Shown piece by piece: positions 23,445 to 35,000 of a stretch of 64,000 nt of DNA. How positions within the stretch are numbered: position 1 is the stretch's first letter; each line of letters starts with the position of its first letter. The stretch is from assembly GCF_006345805.1 (NCBI RefSeq), contig NC_042999.1, forward strand, positions 73,470,001-73,534,000, written 5' to 3'. The stretch is from Octopus sinensis (lineage: Eukaryota). The position numbers and the translations under genes were made by a program. The notes beneath the pieces were generated by a model. That model had not been told where the DNA came from and searched no databases. It worked only from the letters and a program-made list of their open reading frames with translations.

Positions 23445-25885
23445 CAGACAGAGACAGAGAGAGAGAGAAGCTGCATTGCGAGAAACTTTCTTTCAAATCT
23501 GAGAATAATACATCTCGCTGAACTCAATCCGTGAAAGTCTGTTGGAAGGAGTTATTTCCCTTGAAAGCAACTGACATACTGAACTAAGAATTGTTCTAAA
23601 TATTATTTTGAAAAAAGATAGACAACTTCGGCGAGATTAAATACTTAGTTGAACAGGCATAATTTAGCATGTAAACAAATATCTTCTAATTACTGAAACA
23701 AAAAAAAAAGTACATTATTTACATTTGACGGATATTTGTCCTCGCCATATCTGTTGTTCACACAACGTTTCGGCTGATATACCCTCCAGGCTTCATCAGG
23801 TGTCTTGGGGAAATTTCGAACCTGGGTTCTCATTCTTAAGGTATTTTTCGATATTGTATTATTATTATTATTCAGGTCCCTGCCTGGAATTGAACTTGGA
23901 ATCTTGGGGTTAGTAGCCTGCACTCTTAACCTCTACATCATATGCCCGTGGGCGTAGTGGTTAAGAGCACGGGCTACTAATCCCAAGATTCCGAATTCGA
24001 GTCCAAGCAGAGACCTGAACAATAATAATAATAATAATAACAACAACAACATCAAAAAATATCTTAGGAATGTGAAACCAGGTTCGAAATTTCCCCAAGA
24101 CACCTGATGAAGGCTGAAACGTTGTGTTAATAACAAGCCGAAACATTGTGTTAACAATAAACAAGATGAGGACAAATATCCGTCAAATGTAAATAATGTA
24201 GATAATTCCTCATCTCTTAAATATAGAACTGAAAAAAAGGAAATAAAAATCACAGACGGTAATTACTCATAAAAAACAATTAGTGTAAATGTATTCAATA
24301 TAGTGAGAATCAAAAATCTAATTAGAAATAATTAAGCAGTGAGAAGACAATATTAGCTTAACGACCTTATTGATTAATAGATATTTTAATCTAGCAAGTA
24401 CAGGAGACAGTTCTAGACGTATTTAGATTTTATTATACTCTCAACTGAAGCAGTAAACTATACTATCCAAAGGAGTAATGAGAAAATCACTAAGCATAGA
24501 ATGTTATTTCTTTATTGCCCATAGAGGGGACAAACAAGGACAGACAAAGGGATTAAGTCAATTACATCAACCCCAGTGCATAACTGGTACTTATTTAATC
24601 AACCCCGAAAGTATGAAAGGCTAAGTCGACCTCAGCGGAATTTGAACCCAGAACGTAGTGGCAGATGAAATACTGCTAAGCATTTCGCCCGGTGTGCTAA
24701 CAATTCTGCCAGCTTGCATAGAATGTTGTATATGAGTAGATATCAAGTATCAGTATATTTAGAATAAATAAACCACTGAGGTTAATCACTTAAAGATGCC
24801 ATCAAAATCAAAAATGTAATTCGAAATATTTATGCAGGCAGCTCTCCATAATTAACGTAAAAATACTCTAGGAGACCGTATAAGCTGGCAAAACAAATTA
24901 GTTATTTCTATATTATAATGAGTGAGCTTTCACAGTCACTTTATTTGCTAGAAAAAACAGCTAAATTTTCTTTGACTCTTAAGAAACTAAAGACATATTA
25001 GATAATGTAGTCCTAGATATACCAAAAGCTAAAATACATGCAGCTGGAAAACTTTTATTCACAAGTCTGTTTGATCGAGCTATAAATAAATAAATATTGG
25101 GCCTAAACAATAAAAGCTGCTATAAGATGCTTATATAGACAGGTAAAAATGACCCATAGACAAGTAAAAAATCACCCAGTAGGAGTTCAGTACCTTGACC
25201 AAAGACAGCATCTGTTAATAGGATGTTCTATTGACTTCACCAGCAACTATCTATACGTTACAAAACAATTTTCTAAGTTCAGTGACTTCCTGCTTTGAGA
25301 ATCAAATCCTCTTAAAACTACAACACTACCATTCCTCCTCCTCCAATCAGAAGTAGGTACCAGTAAAATACAGAGTTGCTGATTATAGAGATTATGCTAC
25401 CATTCTCTAAAAATGAGGTACAAAATACATACCAATCCAGCTGTTGGTACCATTATGGAACTTTCCATCATCCGTTGATCCCAGTGAGAAAGAAGCTGAC
25501 CATCCTGGAAGTTTATAAAACATTCTGAATTAGACATGGACAAAAGTATGATCAAAATAGGTTGCACCAGGGACTGTAGTTGAGTGAACATAGTCTGGTA
25601 CTCTATAGATTCTGCCATTCCACCACCCTTAATCAATAATAATGAAATAAACAGTATCCTACCTTAGTTTCCATAAGGACCCCATAGTCAACATCAGTGC
25701 TACATCCAAAATGTTGACGAGCCTTCCTCACAACTGACGGTAGTGTTAATCTTTGGCGACCTGAGGTAGCAAGGCTGCTGTCCACAGATGAGATACATGG
25801 CAGTTCACTGTCTTCAAAGGCTTAAAAAAAGACAAAAGGATAAACGTATATATTTGTCTTCTATATCAATTGATAAATATGTATG

Positions 25886-25923
<38 letters not shown>

Positions 25924-28900
25924 AGTGAGGGGGGAGGGAAAGAGAGACAGACAAACAGAGAGAGAGGGGGAGGGACGGAGAGCGACAGACAGAGAGAAGA
26001 TCATTCTTTTTTTCTCAAAGTTAACAAAATGTAGAAGTGAAACAAGATGCTAAACCATCAGTCATAAGTTCAAATCCACTGCAAATCCATTGTGCTTCTA
26101 AGTTTACCAAAGCAATAATTCTCCACATTCACAATTCATAGAGGAGAAACAGATCCCAAATTTGTCAATGAAATAATCACTAGAAATAGATTAGTGTTCA
26201 AACTTGTAAAAAGTCATCTCTTACTGTTTTTTTAAAGTTTAGTTATAAGAAGAAAAGCATTTACAATTTTTAAACAAATCTAGTAGCAAGTAGCAAGAAT
26301 GTTGAAACAGGGCTGCAAGTTAATGCTATGTGCTGTCTCAAGGCAACAAGATACAAACATGTGACTCCTCAACTGGTATTTAATCAACTATCTCCATAGA
26401 AAATCTATCAATTAAGAGCTTCTATGTGATCACTCAAACTGTTAGAAATAGTAACCAAATGTCCTTCAAATGATACCCTATCATCCATTGTAAAGCAAAA
26501 AATGAGAAGATAAACTTGGACAATGTACTTCTAGACATATTAAAATGACAGGCTGGTTAGAGTGAGAGCTGAATTGGGGCTAAGCAACAGCACCAAATCA
26601 TCATCATCATCGTTTAACGTCCGCTTTCCATGCTAGCATGGGTTGGACGATTTTGACTGAAGGCTGGTGAACCAGATGGCTGCACCAGGCTCCAATCTTG
26701 ATCTGGCAGAGTTGCTACAGCTGGATGCCCTTCCTAACGCCAACTACTCTGAGTGTGTAGTGGGTGTTTACATGCCACCAGCACAGGGCCAGTCAGGCGG
26801 TACTGGCAACGACCTCACTCGTATCTTTTAACACATGCCACAGGCACAGGTGCCAGTAAAGCGTGAATATTTCAAAAAGGATACAAAGGGGTATTTTTGT
26901 TGTTTTTTAAGTCATATCTTTCTAGATTTATGTTTGCGCTTTACAGGGAACATGCTCAGTTGGTTTACTGTTGCCTTCTCTGGGAGGGCAGAAAACCTTT
27001 CAATTTTTAGGGAGTAGGGAAATGGAATTTGTGATCTTCAAGCCTTTCCAAAATCCTTACAAATATAAATGTAGTGACTGTAACTAGGAATCTAAACAAA
27101 ATGATAGACTCAGCTCTTCAGGAATTTCCTTTAAACCATGTTGTTTGCTAGACATCTCAGGACAAAATTAATAATTTATACTGAAACTAAGATAATTATT
27201 AAAAAATATGAAATAATGAATAAAACTTACCAGGCTTACAAGTTTCAAATTTTTTCAGTAAACTCTTGGAAAAACCAACTGCATGGAACAATTCGTGCAT
27301 AGCAACCTGGAAAACAAATGTTTGTTCAAGTTTACTTAATGCAATTTAATTCAACTGGATAACCAAGCTTGTTTATCAGACTGATGTAGTACTGATCACA
27401 TGACTCAGCAAATATGTGAAATACACAATGCTACATGTTATATCTTTCATGTCCTTTTATACACATTTAACTGCTGCTAACTTGTGTTTCCAGATTCAAA
27501 TTGAGTGGGTATGGACTAGTTTTCAAACGCATCAAAAGATATAAAGCCAACTGCACTTGTTACAAATGCAAGGCATACTTGTTGTAGAAGCAAGCTGCAC
27601 TTGTAGAAACCAGCTGCAATTGCAGAAGTAAGCTGTACTTGCAAAAGCAAACAGCACTTTCAGAAGCAAACAGTACTTGCAGAAGCATGCCTCACTATAT
27701 ATACCCTCACTATAGAAACCAGCTGTACTTGCTTCAAAATTCAACCATACTTGTTCTAAAACCCAGCCACATTTGTTGTAAATGCCATCTATCTGCAATT
27801 GTAAAAACTTATTGCAGTTATTGCACTCTAGGATGATAAAGTGTAACTCCTGAGTGTTACACTCCATTGTTCCAGACCGTTCACAGACTGAGTATATTCA
27901 TTATTCTTCTGAGATGACAAATGAAGTAAGTTAATATACTAATTCAATTGGTATATTGAACCTCCTGCTACCTAATTAACAGTGTACTTAATCATTTTCC
28001 TTATCATAGCAGAGCTTCTGATGTTGTTTTTTCCCTTTGGTTGACATAGCCTAGGTAAATATTCAATACAATAGCTCTTTCATCCACATCCTAATCACTT
28101 ATTTCCAAGTTTTTGTTAAAAGACTAATGTTTATCACCATCATCATCTACTTACCACATACATGCTGTCTTCATCTACATCAAGTTGGTTAGGACAGAAA
28201 TTAATCATACCAGAAATTGGACGTCCACTTTGGTCAGTTTGGCAGTAACCAGCAAAAGCTATTACATGCTTATCCTGCAATAAATAAATAACAAAACACT
28301 ATTAAATATCAAGCAAACAAAAGAACTTCTTTGATAATTCACTAGCTAGAAATAGCAGTCAAGTCCCTGTCAAGTCACACCTGATAAGAAGGATACACTG
28401 GGTAATGCAGTCATAGATATATCATGTCTGAAAAAAAAAACAACATTATGGTCACATGTTGAATGTGTTTTATCATAGTCTGCCCTGTCATTATGAACCC
28501 AGGACTAACTACAGAATGTGTCTTTTTCTTTTATAAAAACATTTAAATCAAATTTAGCAGCGATAATCCTTCAGTATATATATATATTTTTTTTAAATCA
28601 AATACCAGAAGTGTATGAGTGATTCTAAGATAGGCACAAGGACTTATCTTAAACCAATTAGAAAATTGGGAGAAAAGGTAATACTTGTTTAGTACTTATT
28701 TTTAATCAACTTCCAGAGAAAGCAAAGTTAACCCTAGCAGCAATCAAGGTCAGAATAAAAAGAGAAGTATCTAAGTACTGCAAGATATTTTACCCATCTC
28801 TATAATTTAATGAACTAAAACCTATTGCATACTTTCTGACAGAGTGTAAGTGCCCTGAGAGAAAAGATGGGCATAAGAAGCATCAGATGTGGTGTGCAAG

Positions 28901-31900
28901 AGAAACAACTGCACTGGTATGGTCACCTGTTGCATATGGATGAGGACAGCTGTGTGAAAAAGTGTCACACCCTAACAGTGGAGGGAACCTGTGCAAGAGG
29001 TAGACCCAGGAAGACATGGGATGAGGTGGTGAAGCATGACCTTCAAACGCTGGGCCTCACGGAGGCAATGACAGATATTCTAAGAATGTGATAAGACTGA
29101 GAATGAGAAGAAACAGCTGATGGTCAGTATCAGCAACAAATAATCCAAAGCAACATAATTCTTGTGAGGAATGGAAGAGATTTGACCTTTCAGGTTCAGA
29201 TCTTTTATTGGAAAGGAAGACGAGAAAGACTGCCATGTGTTGTAGTTGAAGAATATTAATATTACTGATTTTCACATCAGCACAAAGCCAGAAATTCATA
29301 AGAGAGAATTATAGCCAGCTAAATCAACTCTTTTAAAATACTTGATACATATTCAATCAATTCTGCAGGATGAATAATGAAGCTAACATATATAACTTAG
29401 CAGTTCAACAAAAAGAAACTGCTAAGGTACCAAGCTTACAGGTTTAAAAACTAAGTAATAAGGTTCATTTGTTTGATTAAACATTTCAAGGTGGTACCAC
29501 AGCATGGCTACAGTTCAATGACTGATACAAGTGCAAGATAAAAGATATATACCAAACTGCAAAGCAGTGAGCACACAATTTTAAGATACAGTGCATTATT
29601 TAAGAAGCTGTATAGAATTACTGTCTTACCTTCAGCCAGCAATTGCTGGATTCTTTAACAGAGACATACAGCAAGTAATCAGTATCGTTGACACCAGGAC
29701 CAGAAGTAAAATAAGTTTTCACAGGTTCCTTCCCTGTACGATTCCATACTGAAAACCCTTCTAAGTGATCATCAGGAATCTGAAATAGAGGAATAAATAT
29801 ATTGAAATATCTTTTTAAATAACAAGAAAATATAATAATTTGATATGAAAAACTACAGAATAAACTTTTTAGTTAAGGAAGAGATACAATTAACCAAACT
29901 GACTCCGTCAATATAACTGTACATATTTCAGATATGACAGATAAAAATCAATACTGGCTAAATTAAACTCAAGGCTACATAGATATACAATAAGGGAACC
30001 AGACCAGAGTTTTATTGCTTGAACCAGGAGGAAGGAAAGCTATAAGAGAAAGGAAAGCAATACATCATCATCATCATCATCGTTTAGCGTCTGCTTTCCA
30101 TGCTAGCATGGGTTGGACGGTTCAACTGGGGTCTGAGAAGCCAGAAGGCTGCACCAGGCCCAGTCTGATCTGGCAATGTTTCTACGGCTGGATGCCCTTC
30201 CTAACGCCAACCACTCCGTGAGTGTAGCGGGTACTCTTTACGTGCCACCAGCACGGAGGCCAGGCGAGGCTGGCAACGGCCACGAACGAATGGTGCTTTT
30301 TACGTGCCACCGTCACGAGGCCAGTCGGGGCGGTGCTGGCAACGGCCACATTTGGATGGTTCTCTTACGTGCCACCGGCACTGGTATCACAGCTGCAATT
30401 TCCATTGATGTTGATCGATTTCGATTCTCACTTGCCTCAACAGGTCTTCACAAGTAGAGTTTTGTGTCCCCAGAAGGAAAGGTATGCATAGACAAATAAC
30501 CTAATTATTTAATGTTACAAACACAAAATTAATTTAGACTAATTTTTTTCCAGATTACATCTATATATGTATGTATATATAATTATTAAAAACACGCAAT
30601 ATTATTTATGTATCTAACATATAAACTAAATAAGGCATATAGGGAATAATAACAGTAAACAAGACGAAATCTGGCACAACTGAAATTTTAATAAGAACTG
30701 AGCAATTAAAAGTGTTAATGATTTTTAGTTCTAATGATTTCTGACATTACGCGTTTAACTAATAACTGGAAAATTTGTTTAAAAAAATCAATACTTTTAT
30801 GACCCTCAATTACCTACAATATCTAGAAATTAATTATAGCTTCAATATTGAAAAACAGATGAGCTTATTGTATAAGTGCTCAGATGCACGAGACAGAATC
30901 ATCATTATCATCATTTTATATCATCTTTCCATGCTAGCATACATTAGAAGGGCCACCTCAATTTGAGCCAGTTCTTATTCAGATTTACAACCCTCTTAGA
31001 TGGGTCACGAGACTTCTGGAATTTTATGACCCTTATGTTTTCTCCATTTATTTAGCAGCTTTATAGTGTATTCAAAGCACATTTTATCTTGGTATCAATG
31101 TTACTAAAGATTGCCTTGAATCCTACAATGCATAAAGGTCCTCATTGTTCAATGATGTCTCTGATCACTGAGCATTGCAAGTAACATGACTGACGGAGTG
31201 AACAGAAGTGTGTGTGATAGCAGAAGATGAACTCAAGTGAGATCAAGAAAGAGGTGTCAAGGGGAAATGAAAAACAATAACGACAGGGTGTAATGAGAGA
31301 AGCAATGATGATGGATATTAACGAGGGAGAGAGACTAATGGAAACTACATCTTTTCTAGCAAGAGAGAGAGAGAGAGTGACTGATAGATAAAAGAATACA
31401 TACATACAATAAAGAACAAATACATGCATACATGCAGCGGTAGTCATGCTCGTCTAAAGAGAAGACAGCATGCATGCATGTATGTATTTATGTATGTATA
31501 TTCTTTTGATCCTCAATCATGCATGCGTATAAGTGTATACATATTTGTATCTTGTTTGCCTTAACATTTGCATATTTATTGCAAACAAAACCAATGTTCA
31601 AGCAAATGGTCTTGACATTTTTAACTTTCAGTGAATACATATCTAGCTATTGAGATGACCATTGTTAGGGTAAGTGACACAAAAAACATTTGGCCATAGA
31701 AAACCTGCCTTAACAAGCTTCATCTAATTCATGCAAGCATGGAAAAGTGAACATTAAAATAATGATGATGATGATGATGATAATGGCCAGAAAATCATAT
31801 AGGTCTGTTCAATAAAGGTTTTCTTGGGGCTAAACAAAAACAACTCAATACAAAATTATAATTGTGATAATAAACAATATTTTTTACCTTTACAATCTCC

Positions 31901-32035
31901 AGACAATACTCTCCATCGTAGCGCCGTTCCAGTCCACTACACCTAAAACAATAAGATATACACATGCACTAATAAAATGTAACAAAAAGAAATTACTGAA
32001 CCCTCATACATTGTTAAACGATGGGAGAGTCCATG

Positions 32036-32093
<58 letters not shown>

Positions 32094-35000
32094 GAATATA
32101 TACATGTGTGTATCTTTCAATAAAGTAGATAGCAAAAGATGTAAACATTGGAGATAAACTAGTGCTTTCAACCAAAATTACCCAGCAGACACATACCATA
32201 ACTACAGTGAACCAGTGATTAGCTCACAGGAAAACTATAACCAACATTGCTATTGTTCACAAAATGCAATATAAAATAAATTATCATACACAGTAAGGGA
32301 TTAAATATATAGTGAACTACAGTGACATACCATAAGAATAACTACTTAATAAACTATACTAATACAGTATGAATTAATTAAATAGTAAAATAAAATGGAT
32401 CTGAGTTGGAAATTCTGGCTATGAATCTTCAGTTGCTGAATCAACTGCTCAATCTGTTCACTGTAGAATGAGGCAAATTGTGAAGGCACATGGCTCAGTG
32501 GTTAGAGTGTTGAGCTTACGATCGTAAGGTTGTGAGCTCGAATCCCAAGTCGGGCTGTGTGTTGTGTTCTTGAGCAAGACACTTTATTTCACGTTGCTCC
32601 AGTTCATTCAGCTGTAGAAATGAGTTACGACGTCACAGGTGCCAAGCTATATCGGCCTTTGCCTTTCTCTTGGATAACACTGGTGGTGTGGAGAGGGGAG
32701 GCCGGCATGCATGGGCGACAGCTGGTCTTCAATAAACAACCTTGCCTGGACTTGTGCCTGGGAGGGTAACTTTCTAGGTGCAATCCCATGGCCTGTGTCA
32801 TGACTGAAGGGGGGTCTCAGAATGAGGCAATTAGGTGTGGCTGTCAGAACGTTGGTAATTTGACAGAGCTGCCTAATTAAACACTGAACCTGTTTTGGCA
32901 ACAGTGCATTTTAGCACTAGAGGCTAACACACACTGATGCATACATGCACAGAAAATGAGTGAGTTATTAATTGAACACGACTGACATAAGCATTTTCCC
33001 TTTCCTCATACACATAAAATGAAATATGCTCACACACATATACAGTGACAGAGAGAGTGAGAGAAAAAAGAGAGAGGGAAGGAGGGAATGAGAGAGACAA
33101 GGAGGGGAGAAAGAGAGAGAACAAGATAAATAATATAACATCTCATGTCAAATAGGTTAGTGTTGAGATGTACAATTAATTTGAGAAGCTTTCACTCAGT
33201 TGCCATATATTCATTTGCATTCACAAAACTTGGATCAACCTGCCAAACACAGAACCTCATGATTGCAAAGCAAATTTCTAAACCATTTGGCCATGCTACA
33301 TCTACTATACTACATTTATATAACAAGAGATTAATACATCATGAGATAAACTATATATTGTAAACTATATATAGTTAACAATATAGTAAACAATGCTAGA
33401 GAGTGCCAATGACTATACAGTAAACTGTACAAATAGACCAGGTCACTAACTATATAGTGAACTATACAAATATAGCATGCTATTAACTATAAAGTAAGCT
33501 GTACAAAATAACTTACTTGTGTTTGTTTGGTCCATCACTCCACTTAGTGTGGCAGGCAGAACGAGCCAGGAGCAGAGAATTCAAAGCACGAACAACTGTA
33601 ATGAGAAAAACCAGAGTTAGACAAATTTACAAAGGTTTCCATAACTGAATATAGACTGTGTCCTTTAATGAATTAAAGATATGAGTTTGCTGCATATACT
33701 TCCGGCAATAATCTCATCATATTAAATGTTGCAACTTAGTCTCATGTCAGTCCCAATAAAACAGATCTTTGGATTAAAGATGTTTCAGTTATGACTATCC
33801 TGTCTTTTATTCAAACATTGTGTCTCCAGAACTACATTATTCAAGGAGTCTAACTTAATGGGGTATCATATGAAGGAAATTTGATTGCTATTTATTGCAG
33901 ATCAAGTGACCTCAAAGAGGATCCCTTATTGACATTATGATCCCTTGCATAACATTATTAGTTTTATTTAAAACTAAAACAATTTACTTGTAAACTTTTA
34001 TTGTAGCAATTATAAGCCAGATTACTTTTAAAATATTGTAACTTCACCCTCACTTTATCTTTTGATAATTGCTTTCCCATCTTTCTTATAATAATCAAAT
34101 TTTGTAATCTTTCCCTGCTTTTTTTTTTCTTTTCTCTTTTTCAACTTTTCCCACTAGCTCTAGTTTCTTTGTTTAATATTTTAAATTAATATATTTCAGT
34201 TTTGAATGAGAATCATTATTTTAACTTCATATGCTATTTCAAATACTTAAGGCAATCTTGTCTCTTTAATTGCCAAACTAAGATAACAGGTGACTTTGAT
34301 AACAGATTGAAAATCAAAGTTAGTCTACATTAAATCTGTTGGCTTATTATGGAGATTTTTTTTTTGTTTTTTAATAAGCTCATCCTGCTTGTTAATACCA
34401 TTACAATTTCGAATGCTATAAACTTTTATGTAACCCTTTTAAAAGTTATGTCTGAAATTCCATAACTTCAAATCTTGCAGTGACAGTGCTTCCTGCTATA
34501 GTCAAAATATCCAGTCATTGTTCCAGCTAGTTAACCCTTTCGTTACCAAACCGCCCAAAGCCGCCCGAATTTACCTATTCATATTTAAATGAGAATATCA
34601 GTGCAAATCTCTTTAGTACATTCGTGAAAATATGCATTATACTTCGTAAAGAGTTCAACTACAGTTTTGTACAAAAATTGAAGTGTAATTTTAATTCCGT
34701 GAATTTTGGGAGATTTTTTTTCCAAAATTTGTTCCTATTGTGTTTTCAAAATTTGTAATTCTGACAAAAAATGGATACGAATTTCATTATATCAAGCAGC
34801 GAGTCAGAATTCGAAGGATTTTCTACTGAAGACCTTCATAAATCTAACTCTATGACTGAAAAAAAAAAGCATGTGGTATTTGATAATGAATCTGATGTTT
34901 CATTTTCCGAAAGTGAAAACAGTGAATCCGAGAGCTCCGACAGCGATAAAGAAAATGAATTGGCACCTGAATGGAGTGAAAATTTAAAAGCTGTTTCTTT

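Noticed and set aside
23883-24005. tRNA-Ser-like sequences as real tRNA genes
   Set aside because: No acceptor stem or long variable arm; embedded in a repeat; the same applies to the other SINE heads
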